Of a stretch of 64,000 bases of DNA, positions 25,329-36,961 are shown piece by piece (position 1 is the first letter of the stretch; the number at the start of each line of letters is the position of its first letter). The stretch lies in assembly GCA_040437565.1 (NCBI GenBank), contig JBDOQK010000028.1:1-64000 (forward strand), given 5' to 3'. Source of the DNA: Albugo candida. Lineage: Eukaryota. A program made the position numbers and the translations under genes. The notes beneath the pieces were generated by a model. That model did not search any database. It worked only from the letters and a program-made list of their open reading frames with translations, and was not told where the DNA came from.

Positions 25329-26531
25329 TCATTGTTCCGACTCGTTCAAAATCGCGAGAATCGATCCACGATTCGAAGTTCTTTTCGAAATGAACGTATT
25401 TAGCTGGCCTGCTTGTACGCTTGATACTGGATGAGCATCCCAATGAGAATTGTCTTCTACTTGACCAAAGAAATTACGGAACTGATTCTTGTTTCTGGAC
25501 ATATCATTCCTCTGATGACTTAAATCAAACGATTGGGAATTTGACGATGATCGATGATTGAGATTATCAGAGAGATTACTGTTTGATTGCAGAGTATCTC
25601 TTGAATCCGATGATGGTACCATATATTTCGACTTGAACGCTTTCGATTTTCCTCTTGCTTGGTTTGAGGAAGATCTGACTCTTGCGTCTGCTTGAGCTTT
25701 CCGACTTTTCGAATTAGGATTTTCAATTACCAAGCTCAGTTCTTTTCGCAATTTTTGGGCTCGTGCATGGATTCGGTTCCGATTTATGTTTATAGGATTC
25801 CCAGCCAGAGCTTCCAAAGTTGTAATTTTGTTTATTATACTCCGAATTCGTCGATGGGGCCATCGAACTAAGCCATTTTTCCGACAGATTTTCTTCATCA
25901 AAGTGATACAAACTCCCAGTTCTTTGGCAACAACCGTCATCGGCTTGTTGAAATATGGTCGAAGCTCATTCAGTGTGAATTCTTTCACATTTAGGTCTGC
26001 GACTTTTATCATATGATTGGCATCTTCCATTTCATGACACGAAGCTCCCATTACCCTCGTTACTTGATGGTAACTTTTTCGTTCAGGATATATAATTTGG
26101 CTAGGAGGAGTGTGTGTGGGCACGGACATCCAACCTGACACAACTTTGGGTTCAAGATTTGTGCCTGCACACATATCCTCTTGCCCTTTGAGTATAATTC
26201 TCTGGGAATGCAGAGACGATAGTATTGCTTGACGCTCTCCGCTATCCATGTTGCGCGTATTACACCTTGCACTATTGTCCCACTGGTCATACTGGCACAT
26301 TCTCTTATGCTCCAAATGTATACATGAAAATACGCAATCTACTTCACTTGAATGGCTCGATAGTTGAGATATGGTGGACGGAGTGCTGTTACCTTCATAT
26401 AGACTTGGCTTGCTTTCCAGGTTGGGGTTTGTTCGCATGGGGAATGGTGATCGGCAACTGATTTTGATATTGTGACTACGCGTCATTCGTTTATGGTGCT
26501 CGTAAGGATTATTGCCATTGGATTGTATCAT
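25329..26531 (-). CDS. RWP-RK (NIN-like) transcription factor
   Basis: LNELRPYFNKPMTVVAKELGVCITLMKKICRKNGLVRWPHRRIRSI in a 400-aa ORF. Confidence 0.93.
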   Translation of the reverse strand: MIQSNGNNPYEHHKRMTRSHNIKISCRSPFPMRTNPNLESKPSLYEGNSTPSTISQLSSHSSEVDCVFSCIHLEHKRMCQYDQWDNSARCNTRNMDSGERQAILSSLHSQRIILKGQEDMCAGTNLEPKVVSGWMSVPTHTPPSQIIYPERKSYHQVTRVMGASCHEMEDANHMIKVADLNVKEFTLNELRPYFNKPMTVVAKELGVCITLMKKICRKNGLVRWPHRRIRSIINKITTLEALAGNPININRNRIHARAQKLRKELSLVIENPNSKSRKAQADARVRSSSNQARGKSKAFKSKYMVPSSDSRDTLQSNSNLSDNLNHRSSSNSQSFDLSHQRNDMSRNKNQFRNFFGQVEDNSHWDAHPVSSVQAGQLNTFISKRTSNRGSILAILNESEQ

Positions 26532-27486
26532 ACCGTTGGCCCTGTTGCATGTACAGCGCTTTTAGTCCAATCTAGTAAATGAATTTTTGGCTCGCAACTG
26601 TCCCTACACAAAACATTTTGGAAGTTGGTAAATTTCAAACAAGCTGGCGAATGAAGAGACTAAAATATCAAAGTGGTCTATCATGGAATGGAAACTGCCA
26701 TGAACCCACCGAAATAAAAGTGCACCGATCCAACATTACCTACTTTTGACAAACGAGCCGACAATAATTTTTGTATCGAATTGGAAGGTTCGCTTTTGCT
26801 CTGTAACCATTAATAAAGGGTCTTACTCTCNNNNNNNNNNNNNNNNNNNNNNNNNNNNNNNNNNNNNNNNNNNNNNNNNNNNNNNNNNNNNNNNNNNNNN
26901 NNNNNNNNNNNNNNNNNNNNNNNNNNNNNNCTGTAACCATTAATAAAGGGTCTTACTCTCTATAAGGGATAAGAGCTATTCGGTATACATATCTAGCCAA
27001 TCATAGGAAGTAGTCAAAACGCTAAAGCTTTTTTGAAAGCGGAACAGACGCTATGAACGGACAATAGTATGACGTTTTCAGGATGATCGCAGTGATTTTT
27101 CGTGGTTTGAAACGGAGCGGACGTACGCCACAAGAGCAATTATTGAGAAAGCATAGTAGATTTTATCATTATATCGCACAATGGTGATTTTAAATGTGTA
27201 TGTAAAACGGTAGCGAAATATGAGATGCAAATTTAGAGATGTTTGTGTGCCGCGCTGGATCGCCTTCTATATCACATCCTTTGCCACCTTCTTAAGATGA
27301 TCGACTGATCGTGTGTAATCGAAGGAAACATACTGAATCTGGACTGACTCGAATCGTGATGTACCGTGATGACTTTATTATAGCTTTTATCGGCTCGTTG
27401 AATGCTGATCTTATCAGTATTAATTCCCTATAGGAGACCCATTCCAAATTGTAAAGGCTGGAACATAGTCACATTCTCAAATCAAA

Positions 27487-28227
27487 ATGCGAAAACTTAT
27501 CTGTCAGACGCTCTTCATGTATTTATCCATCGATGCACATGATGTGAGCGTTTGCAAAGACGCAACATACTTCATTTCAGACGATCGTGGTGATATTTGC
27601 GCCGGTTCTGGATCCCAACCATCGGGAAAAGCGTGTCCCGTGAAACACGATATTGCGGTGGAGAGCTGCCGCGTGGAATTGGCGACTTACAAGATAGATT
27701 CTTCTACATGTGTTGCGAAAGAGGACGCAGTATGTGACATTGTCGGGAACAATACGTGGGGATGTATTTTTCCGTCCATTGGATGTAACAAAACGAAACC
27801 TGTTGCGGAATGCCCGGCCTGGACTCTGACGGGAACGGATTGGATCAACCCAAATTTTACAAAGTCTATCAAGGAGTTGCCTCAAGTCATCCCTGATGAA
27901 CTTACTCAGGAGAACTGGTTCACGCAAGAGACACCCGCTTCGGACCTTACCAGTGGATGTGAAAATATCAGAATACCTGCTGCGACACCTCGGCCAACAA
28001 AAAGTATTTCAAACAAGCAAACGGACGATCCTACGTCTATATCTACCATGTCTTCCCCAGTAAAGGAAAAGATCAGCAGAACGAGCACGGTTATCATCAC
28101 CATTGCCGTTGCTGCAGCTGCGATAGCTGCTACTGTCGGTGTTGCCGCTTTGGTGCGCTATCATTTGGCCCGGGAAACAGCTCTCGAGAATGCCTATCGA
28201 ATGGACCTTGTCTTGACACCAAGATGA
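27487..28227 (+). CDS. Cys-rich oomycete surface protein (putative carbohydrate-binding) with TM anchor
   Basis: Signal peptide; VSVCKDATY...CAGSG..P.G.ACP...EDAVC...WGCIFPS.GC domain; S/T/P linker; TM helix near the C-terminus. Confidence 0.8.
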   Translation: MRKLICQTLFMYLSIDAHDVSVCKDATYFISDDRGDICAGSGSQPSGKACPVKHDIAVESCRVELATYKIDSSTCVAKEDAVCDIVGNNTWGCIFPSIGCNKTKPVAECPAWTLTGTDWINPNFTKSIKELPQVIPDELTQENWFTQETPASDLTSGCENIRIPAATPRPTKSISNKQTDDPTSISTMSSPVKEKISRTSTVIITIAVAAAAIAATVGVAALVRYHLARETALENAYRMDLVLTPR

Positions 28228-28529
28228 GGAATGATGCACGCCGCAAGTTTTTTTTTCTTTTCCAGTAGATAATCATGAAGCAGTAAGAGGAAGCGAAAAA
28301 TTGAGTCGAACTTTTCACAAATACAAAATTCATGATTTAAATTGTTGATTTTCGACCAATCGGTCAAGATAAGGCGATCTTGTATTCATTAATTACCTAT
28401 CATGTGTGATATAAGGTATCACTACCATATAAGTGGCTATAAACGTTTCGTCTGATTGATTGGTTAAAATCAAGCGTTGGTGGAGATCTCGCCGCAGCCT
28501 TCTTCTGCATCTGCATATACACGTTCGAA

Positions 28530-28957
28530 ATGGTCAAAGAAACAAAGACGCGCAGCACCAAACGCTCCCCAGATGTTGTCGCACGGGATTACACAATCAA
28601 TATGCACAAACGTCTTCATGGAGTGTATGTACTTCCACATTCATTGCCTTTTAGCGACTTGTACGCTAACCCAAATTCACTTCCATTAGAACCTTCAAGT
28701 GTAAGGCTCCTCGAGCGATTCGGGAGATCAAGATATTTGCACAAAAGGCGATGAAGACTTGCGATGTCCGTGTTGATCCCAGATTGAACAAGTTTCTCTG
28801 GTCGCAAGGAATCAAAAGCGTTCCAAGACGTGTTCGAATTCGACTTTCTCGTAAGCGTAACGATGACGAAGATGCCAAGGAAAAGCTGTACACACTTGTC
28901 GAGCACGTTCAAGTCGCATCAGTGAAAGGATTACAAACAGAGACTGTTGACGAATAA
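28530..28957 (+). CDS. RPL31: 60S ribosomal protein L31, intron 28625-28689
   Basis: [16 protein letters not shown] | [13 protein letters not shown]...[37 protein letters not shown]. The intron has GTATGT, a CTAAC branch site and AG. Confidence 0.97.
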
Positions 28958-29103
28958 AGACAAGTTGGGGAGAAATATAAACAAACGTGACCGAGATACC
29001 ACTTCTTTTACCATTCCAATGAAAATTATAACGCTATCATTGCTATGCTGAGCCTCACAGCACATATGCACAGCTTACTTGCCCATCTTGTAGCTATACA
29101 TCC

Positions 29104-29593
29104 TCATCCGAACATTTTGGCAAGCTCGAGGATATATTTGCCTTCCTTGTACTTTTGGCTTTCTTCTTGCGCCTCTTCCTAGCATCACGAGATGAAAGCT
29201 CGGATTACGTGAATAGGAAGACTTGCACCTACATATCTCCATCCCACAGGATTCCAGCAACTCTTGCAAAATATGTCAACGACAACATGCACTCCTGTCA
29301 TAAGCACCCGTTCTTCCGGGTGTCCAGAGACAATATTCACGCTACTTGCTCAAAGAGTTGGATGACTTCCTGGAGCGTAAATCGCAACATGAAACGTACG
29401 CTAAGTCGAAAAGATATGCTTTCCCACTTCGACCTTGAAAATTCTACAAGATCGAATGGCATCACGCTTGCTTATTGAGGTGTTTGATTTTCACCTTCGA
29501 TATTATTGCGTCTCTGGTGGACAAGTGCGTGCTGCATTTTCGACATTCAAATACTCGAGGTCCATCGAGATACAATTTGAACACACGTCCCAT
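29104..29593 (-). CDS. YPEL: Yippee-like zinc-binding protein, 4 exons
   Basis: Spliced reading MGRVFKLYL...CRKC.THL...ISK | NFQGRSGKAYLF | VN...EERVLMTGVHVVVDIFCKSC...GWRY | EEAQEESQKYKEGKYILE. Confidence 0.92.
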
Positions 29594-29843
29594 ATTCAAG
29601 TGGCAGAATACTCTACTCCAGGTTGAAGCTTTATTCGAATCGCCGACCATCACCTNNNNNNNNNNNNNNNNNNNNNNNNNNNNNNNNNNNNNNNNNNNNN
29701 NNNNNNNNNNNNNNNNNNNNNNNNNNNNNNNNNNNNNNNNNNNNNNNNNNNNNNNCCTCGAAATATTAGTCTATTAGTCGTCGTATAGTTTGATAACCTT
29801 TCATTCGTGTTACCAAGACCTCGTGCCTCTTGAGACTCGCAGC

Positions 29844-31198
29844 ATGCGCGTGTGTCGTAAAGTGTTGCGTCTTTTATGCGCGTCATTCCTTTTTGTTGGT
29901 CTTCTCTACCTGTATACTGGCTTCCGTCTTCTTCTTATAGCTGAGTTCTATTCCATTGCAGCAGTGCTCATATCAATTGGAGGTTTGCTGCTTTTGAGTG
30001 CATTATTGGGCTGCCAAAATGCACCCACAGATCGAACAAAGCTCCTCATCATCTCGTTCACTATTGACTTTATCCTCTTTGCATGCATCTACCTAACCAG
30101 TTTCTTGCTCGCATCATACGGAAAAATGCTGCAAATTTGGATGCAGCATCATTGGGCGACGCTCGGGCGTTTGCGTCAGCATGAATGCTGTCAGGCCTTT
30201 CCAATGGCGGTGGCTCACGTCGATATACATCGTAAATTGATTTCATGGATAGGTTTCTGCTCATTGGGAATCATTTTATCAAAGATGTATTGCATTGTGC
30301 GAGTTGTATCATTGCCGATTGTTGTCAAATATGTGCTCACCAAAATGCATGCAATATTTGCCGGACTCGGAATAAGTAAGAATTTTGTAATCGGAGTATG
30401 GATATCACTCACTCACTTTGCAGTTGTGTTGATCTTTGGTTTTTCGGTTCGAGAGCGAATTTCTTCGACGCATCGACACAGCTGGATAGGTCTGCACATT
30501 GCTATTTTGTGACATCATTCTTATACGATGGACGTTGTCCTTGCTAGTGATTCTTTTCGTATTGGTCGGAATCCTATTGGCAATATCATCTGTTGTTGGT
30601 TTCATGGGATCACGTTCCAAAAGTAGAACACTCCTCCTCCTGGTACATAACGACATGGTCCCAATTGTGTCGAGCTAATCTTTCTCAATAAGTATGCGAT
30701 CGCCATGATCGCGTGTTTTGTAGCGTTGATGACAGGTACAGGAGGAGCGTTGACATTTATTGCGCATGCCCGACAATCGGATTACAAAGATTCCGGAACG
30801 ATAGCCTGTGATCTCGGTTTATTTCAGTGTACCAATTGTACGAGCACGAACGTTTGTTTGGGAGTTGCTACCACCGAAAATGGGACCAATGTGCCTTGTA
30901 CAAGCGCAGATATGTCTCGAGAAAGCTGTCAGCTACACAAAACCGTGCTTCTATATCCTGAAAATAGCGTAAGAGAGACTCGTATCATCCCTTCACAGAC
31001 TCATTTTTCTTGACGCAGATTGCATCGTGCTCCTTGTGTCCAGAATGGTCTGCGCAACAAGTACATGAGGTCATCAACTACGCTTTTATAACAGTGAGCG
31101 CGTATGGAACGTTAGGGAGTCTGTATATCGGTATAGGCTTCTTCGGTGCTTGCGTTTTGCGAAAAAGCTTGGCAGGATATCAGACTGATTCCGTATAG
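29844..31198 (+). CDS. Multi-pass membrane protein, tetraspanin-like (about two repeats), spliced
   Basis: Successive hydrophobic ORFs (29790-30512, about 30530-30645, 30705-31013, 31010-31198) with LLGC / VGFMG helices and Cys-rich loops, separated by GT-AG segments. Confidence 0.65.
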
Positions 31199-31283
31199 CG
31201 CTTGTAATGCTCGAACCAATCCGATACGTTCATTACGTGTCTTTTGTTCAATCACTGCTTCTTCGTTCCACTTTGTGTGCCAA

Positions 31284-33359
31284 ATGGCCAATTCGTTGCC
31301 TAGCGGCTGGTTTGAGAGCGGTCATAGCGCAATCGTCTTGTACGTTAAAGATTTCCGTGATCCATTTGCCCGTCGTAAAAAGTTTCGCTTTAAACCTTGG
31401 GCAAGCATAAAAGATATTAAAAATCAGCTACAAATTGTGTGGAATGTGCCCGCGAATGCACAGAAAATATTCCACAATGGAAGAGAGCTGAAAAACTCTC
31501 ACAATCTGCAGCAATGCGGCATCTATCAGGATCATGCAGTCTTGGAATTTGTTGCTCGTCGGCCGGAAAATATATCGCAAAATCTAATTACAAAAGCAGA
31601 TATCAGGGAGCATGGAAATTGTCGCAACGGTATGAAGGCTTGGAATCACGACTCGTCTCAGCAAGACCGGCGTGAACGACCGACGAGTACATCGAATGGA
31701 ATACCAATGGTGGAAGCTCCTCGTAACAAATTGATAAATAGTGCTGAAAGCTCATTGCTGAAAAGTTTCCAGATGCCATCTATCAATATTCAGCCATATG
31801 GAGCTCATCTTCTTCCTATTTCTCTTCTCAAAATCTTGCACAAGGTTGGAGACTAATCAATCCCTCGTTTGTTTGCTCACTTTGATCACTCGATCAGGTC
31901 CTACAAGCGCTCGCGCTCGGACTTGCACCAGAGCTTGCAATGGATGGTACAGGAGGAACGTATTTTTTCAAAGACGTATTTCATCGCAATACATGCTGCT
32001 TTAAACCGAAAGACGAAGAGCCTTTTGGACCCAATAACCCTCGTGGACTCGTAGGACAGCTTGGGCAAAGTGGTCTCCGAAAAGGGATCTTGTCCGGTGA
32101 AGCCTGTGAGCGAGAGCTTGCCGCCTATCTACTCGACAAGGTACTCTTTCATTGTCTCATCCATATGCCAAGACTTACTTTGGATGTAGAATCACTTTTC
32201 AGGCGTTCCTGCGACCTCTTTAGTAGAGGCTCGACACCCTGTTTTCAAATATAATGATACAGCACGTCTTCATTTCAAGATTGGATCGTTTCAAGAATTT
32301 GTAAAACACGACGATGTTGTTAGTGACGTATCCCCATCCCAATTCTCTCCGCACGAGGTTCATAAAATTGTGGTTCTTGACATGCGATTACTTAATACTG
32401 ATCGTAATGACGCCAACATTTTGGTCCGACGTAAACGAATGACTCAAAGCGAGGATCAATTGTCAGGTCAACGACCCGTTCAGAAATGTAGCTCCGCTTC
32501 ATCGAACCGAGTAACAGAATATGAGCTTGTTCCAATTGATCACGGCTATTGCTTACCTCAATATCTCGAAGTTGCGTGGTGCGATTGGTGCTGGTATCAA
32601 TGGCCCCAGCTGCGGGTACCTTTGAGTGAAGAAGATCGTACTTATATTCTATCGCTCGATCCCAGCAAAGATATGGAGATGATTTCTCAGAAAATTCCAC
32701 TTCGAGCAGTTTGTCGTCGTAATTTCTTAATTGCTTCGATGGTTGTTCAAAAAGGCGTTCGAGGTCGAGTATCGTTATATGAGATTGCTCGTCTGATGTG
32801 TCGAGAAGATTTGGAAACTCTTTCGGATTTGGAAAAGCTATGTCTGCATTCCTTTGAGCAATTGCTCGCGGCTCGAGATGCTAGACGAGATCGCCGTGCG
32901 GATATGCTTCGATTAGAAACATCTGTCCCAGGTCTCATGAGCATGCCTCCACGTCGGTCTTCACTAAGCAATGGACTTCAGTCTCCTCCTGGATTCTGGG
33001 CCAGCCAAAAACCAACGCACTTTTTCGGTGAACATTCAATGACCCAGGAGCTCGACAGACATTCCAGCAAGCATTCCAGCCAAGTGTTCGATCCGAGTGA
33101 TCCCAGTACTGGAACAAAGGACGATGAGAATGCATTAGGAGGCAAGACAATGCACACGACGTTCAATTCGACAGATTACGAGAGATATCATACGAAAATA
33201 TGCGATTCTTACGATGTGAGTGAAGAATTTGATGCAATGAATAACATTTTGGATGGAAACACTAATGATGAAAAGTTATTCTTATCAATTTTGAGCAAGT
33301 CACTGGACGAAGCTTATGATCTGATCAAGAGCAATAGCACGAATCTGAGCAGCTACTGA
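31284..33359 (+). CDS. Type II PI4-kinase gamma-like protein with N-terminal ubiquitin-like domain; introns 31845-31897 and 32141-32189
   Basis: [12 protein letters not shown]...[10 protein letters not shown]...LQQCGI. Kinase: [65 protein letters not shown]. Confidence 0.93.
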
Positions 33360-33560
33360 CTGGATGTTCGATCCATTAGAATAAACTTAGAATAAAGGGC
33401 GAGCTCAGGTAAACTGCACCAATAATTTGTCCCGTTGCAAGACTTTGTGTTGGAGAGAATAATGCAATGATAGGGAATACATAGGCTTAATTTAATGCAA
33501 TAAATGGCGATTTTGTGTCCTGCTAGGACTTTGAGCTGACTCGAATCCTGTTGATAAAAT

Positions 33561-34718
33561 CTACCGGTGTTCTCGCTCAATTGCCTCATGACCTGATTCC
33601 GACATGAGCATAGGCTTCCCCGAGCTGGCACGAGAGATGATTATAATTCTGGGCCCATCCACTGAATGATTTGGCTCGGTTTCTTCCTCTTCGCCTGATC
33701 CTCGAGATGAATAGGTATCTTCCGTCGATTTGGCCTCTTCAAGTTCCTCTGAGTGTAACTGTTTATATCCACTTTTCATCGGGCTTGATGTTTCCTCGTT
33801 CGATCTCGCACGCAAGAGCAAGTCTTCAAGTTCTCCACGTGGTAATGTAACCATTTCCTGGCTTTTCGAAAGTGGAGGGGGTGGCATACCGAAGAAAGTA
33901 CCTTCTCTTGGTGGAAGTTCCTTTTCAGAGCTTTCTGGGGTATATCTTTCTTCTTCTTTCTTCATTTCTTCCTGTTTCATCCTCGCATAAGGAGAAGACA
34001 TTTGCGATCCATTCGCATTGGCTTGCGATCCAGACAACATGACTTGGTTGTTTGGGTTGAACCCTCTCGTATCGAGTGTTGTGTCAGCTTCTTGGTATTT
34101 ATCGACAGCATTCTCTTCCGCTTCCTCCACTCTTTCGCCCTTTTTCTCCTCTTTTTCCTCCTTCCCCTCTTTTTCCTCCTTCTCCTCTTTTTCCTCCTTC
34201 TCTTCTTTATCCTCATTTCCCTCCTTTTCCTCATTCTCTTCTTTTTCCTCCTTTTCATCACTCTCTTTCTCCTCTTGCTCTTCCGCTGCCTCTTTCGCGT
34301 GTGAAGTGGAGCCACCGTTGGACTTGACTACTTTGCTTTCATTTTCTGACGCCTCCAGCTGTGCAGTTTGCATTGCGGGAGTCTTCACGTCGCGTTGATG
34401 GTCAGTAGGAGGCAAAGTAGGAGCTGACTCAATAAGCTCAGTTCCAGTCTTGTGTTGACTTGATTCCTCATTCGGTTTGACATTCTTTTGGTCGGGTACC
34501 GGCGTACTTGGGTTTGGCGCTACGCCTCCAATATTCGGATTCGTTGGCTGAGTGTTCACATTTGCGTTCGCAGTTGTTACAGTCGGAGTGGAACCCGTAT
34601 TGTTTGGTGCGGAGGACGTCGGCGTTGATGTCGATGGAGTGTCGAAAGCCGAAGCAGAGGATGGAAACGTGACAGCGACCGCTGTGGAAATGATTTGAAT
34701 AATCTTTGCGATTTGCAT
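33561..34718 (-). CDS. Secreted low-complexity Glu/Lys-rich protein (385 aa)
   Basis: Signal peptide MQIAKIIQIISTAVAVTFPSSASA; T/P/N-rich segment; EEK tandem repeat at about 34130-34280; no Cys. Confidence 0.8.
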   Translation of the reverse strand: MQIAKIIQIISTAVAVTFPSSASAFDTPSTSTPTSSAPNNTGSTPTVTTANANVNTQPTNPNIGGVAPNPSTPVPDQKNVKPNEESSQHKTGTELIESAPTLPPTDHQRDVKTPAMQTAQLEASENESKVVKSNGGSTSHAKEAAEEQEEKESDEKEEKEENEEKEGNEDKEEKEEKEEKEEKEGKEEKEEKKGERVEEAEENAVDKYQEADTTLDTRGFNPNNQVMLSGSQANANGSQMSSPYARMKQEEMKKEEERYTPESSEKELPPREGTFFGMPPPPLSKSQEMVTLPRGELEDLLLRARSNEETSSPMKSGYKQLHSEELEEAKSTEDTYSSRGSGEEEETEPNHSVDGPRIIIISRASSGKPMLMSESGHEAIEREHR

Positions 34719-35461
34719 TGGATACTTGTAGTAGTCTCAAGTCTGAAAGAAAAGTGATAATGAGAGCTGTTGGTGCCTTCATGTCTTCTGAGTAACTTGA
34801 TTGCACAATGTCAAGTTGTGCGAGGTGATGAAACCTGGATAAGCCGATATAACGCNNNNNNNNNNNNNNNNNNNNNNNNNNNNNNNNNNNNNNNNNNNNN
34901 NNNNNNNNNNNNNNNNNNNNNNNNNNNNNNNNNNNNNNNNNNNNNNNNNNNNNNNGATATAACGCGTAAAACTAATGCCGGTAATTTTCTTACTCGGCTG
35001 ATTACTGAGTCAGTATTATTTATACACTGTACAACATGATACAATGAGTAGCTACTTCATCATATCGTGATGCGATCACGCAATTTCGATTCGACAAGAA
35101 TCAGGTGCACGAATGAACGACACACACGCAAACCACTAAGATTTGTTGATCGCATTCCTATCAATACGCTGTCTGGAATTCTTTCCTATCGGTTGTTGCT
35201 TTGCAAACGGATAATTGATTTGCAAAAACGTAGCAGTAGGGTAGATTTTGTGATCGTAAGAACTATCATCATCCATCTAAATCGCCCAGCCGTTTCAATG
35301 CTGACCGACATGCTATCGTGAAGTGTGTGATATGCAGGTCGAGAACGCGATAACACATCAACGACTAAGTAACAAACAAAAATGATGTAAAATGGGCAAT
35401 TTTTTTAAAATGACAAAGCGTAGAGAAATAAAGCATATGCTCTCTTAAAACTTAAGCGAAC

Positions 35462-36574
35462 TTAGTGGGTTCGAAGAATGACCACTTTTTGCTCGGCTGG
35501 TTCTCTTTGCATGACAGAAAGCGGGACGTGAGAGTGTTGGCTAGCGACGTGTGCGCTTTCATCAAAAATATCGAAAGGACTGATGTTTTCTTCGGTTTCC
35601 TCAGACTCGGAGGTTTCCGGTTCATCTTCGTCGGTAGACTTCTTGATGATATAGACACGCTTTGAATCATCACGGCGTTGATGATGCTCGGTATCAACCA
35701 TAGCGATTGAACCATCACTCAGACCACCATCAGTAGATATTTCTTTCTTTTCAATCTCTTTGCTCACTTCTGGCATCTCATGTGCGATAATTACGAGAGC
35801 TTTCTGATCTTTTTGATCGCCATTGTGACCGTGTGCCTCCGATTGTGTTGGTGCCGATGTTGGGTGCTCAGGGACAATAGGACCAGATCTTTGTTTCATG
35901 TCTGGTTTTTGAACAGGAGGCGGAGGCTGTTGTTGTGGAGATTCTTTGGGTTCGTCATGTTTCTCTTCCTCCTCTTTGTCTTCTTTCTCCTCTTTGTCTT
36001 CCTTTCCCTCTTTATCCTCCTGCTCTTTGCTTGCATGTTCTTCCTCCTTATTTTCATGTTCTTCCTCTTCCTCTTTAACATTTTCACCACTTTTGTTGTT
36101 TTCTTTCTTTTCGTCCGATTCTTCATCCTTGCTCTCTTCTGGTTTAGTATCATTAGGCTTTTCATCCTCGTTAGCCTTTACGTTCTCAGGCTTCTCTTGA
36201 TTGTTATCTTTTTCGTCACCCTTTGGAGCTTCAGAAGATGTCGGACTGCCTTCTTGTTTTGTTTGGTGAGCAGGAATTGGAGAACTTGATTGAGAAGTTT
36301 GCTTCATCGCAGGTGAATAAGCTTCCGGTTGCATTCCAACCGCTCCATGTTGAGGAAGCGGACTCGCGTTAGGTGGATATCCATTCGAGCGTGTTGGAAC
36401 TGGAGGTGCACTTGGTTTGAATGTATTTGCTTGGGAAGCGGTCTGAGATGCGCCTTGAGATGCGCCTTGAGGCGTAGGCTGAGGAGGAGAAGTGGAGGGA
36501 GTCTCAGCGTTGGAAACGTGGGCTGCGACAGCTAGCGCGATGGAAATGAGGCCGAATGTCTTGTTTAACTGCAT
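35462..36574 (-). CDS. Secreted low-complexity Glu/Lys-rich protein (370 aa), paralog of 33561-34718
   Basis: Signal peptide MQLNKTFGLISIALAVAAHVSNA followed by ETPSTS; P/Q/S-rich segment; EDK/EEK repeat; no Cys. Confidence 0.8.
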   Translation of the reverse strand: MQLNKTFGLISIALAVAAHVSNAETPSTSPPQPTPQGASQGASQTASQANTFKPSAPPVPTRSNGYPPNASPLPQHGAVGMQPEAYSPAMKQTSQSSSPIPAHQTKQEGSPTSSEAPKGDEKDNNQEKPENVKANEDEKPNDTKPEESKDEESDEKKENNKSGENVKEEEEEHENKEEEHASKEQEDKEGKEDKEEKEDKEEEEKHDEPKESPQQQPPPPVQKPDMKQRSGPIVPEHPTSAPTQSEAHGHNGDQKDQKALVIIAHEMPEVSKEIEKKEISTDGGLSDGSIAMVDTEHHQRRDDSKRVYIIKKSTDEDEPETSESEETEENISPFDIFDESAHVASQHSHVPLSVMQREPAEQKVVILRTH

Positions 36575-36584
36575 TGTGATTGGA

Positions 36585-36600
36585 ATATTTGAAAGTGAGA
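36585..36600 (-). promoter_or_regulatory. Possible oomycete Inr/FPR core promoter element
   Basis: CTCACTTTCAAATATT just upstream of the ATG resembles the YCAYTYYNCAWTTY consensus. Confidence 0.4.
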
Positions 36601-36961
36601 GTGATTGATGCTCTGGTCTGCCATTTAGACTGTTGTTGGATCAGACTATGATACCACTTGGAAACATACTCTATCAAGTAATAATACTGGATAATGGATG
36701 CTTGAATTTTATCTCCGATACGTATATCTTGTTGATAATATTCTATAAATGGATATATTCAATAAACCAATCAGTAAGAAAAACGTTGATCCAACTGAAT
36801 TCAAAATCAAGTAAAAAATCGAATGAGACTGGGTTCAAGTAGCTTCGATTTGCATGTCCTTGATCGTCTGATCGTTTTAAGCAACTTTGTAAAGTTGCTT
36901 TGCAACGTTTTTGTCAAAAATTGACTCCGCTTTTTATCGAAATAGCAGCTGCGAGCAACGT

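Noticed and set aside
28690-28715. Cys in RPL31 TFKCKAP where Lys is usual
   Set aside because: Single substitution; cannot distinguish a real variant from a sequencing error.
33977-34398. Overlapping Arg/Lys-rich and Phe/Ser-rich ORFs (also at 35780-36289)
   Set aside because: Alternate-frame and antisense shadows of the GAA/GAG/AAG repeats.
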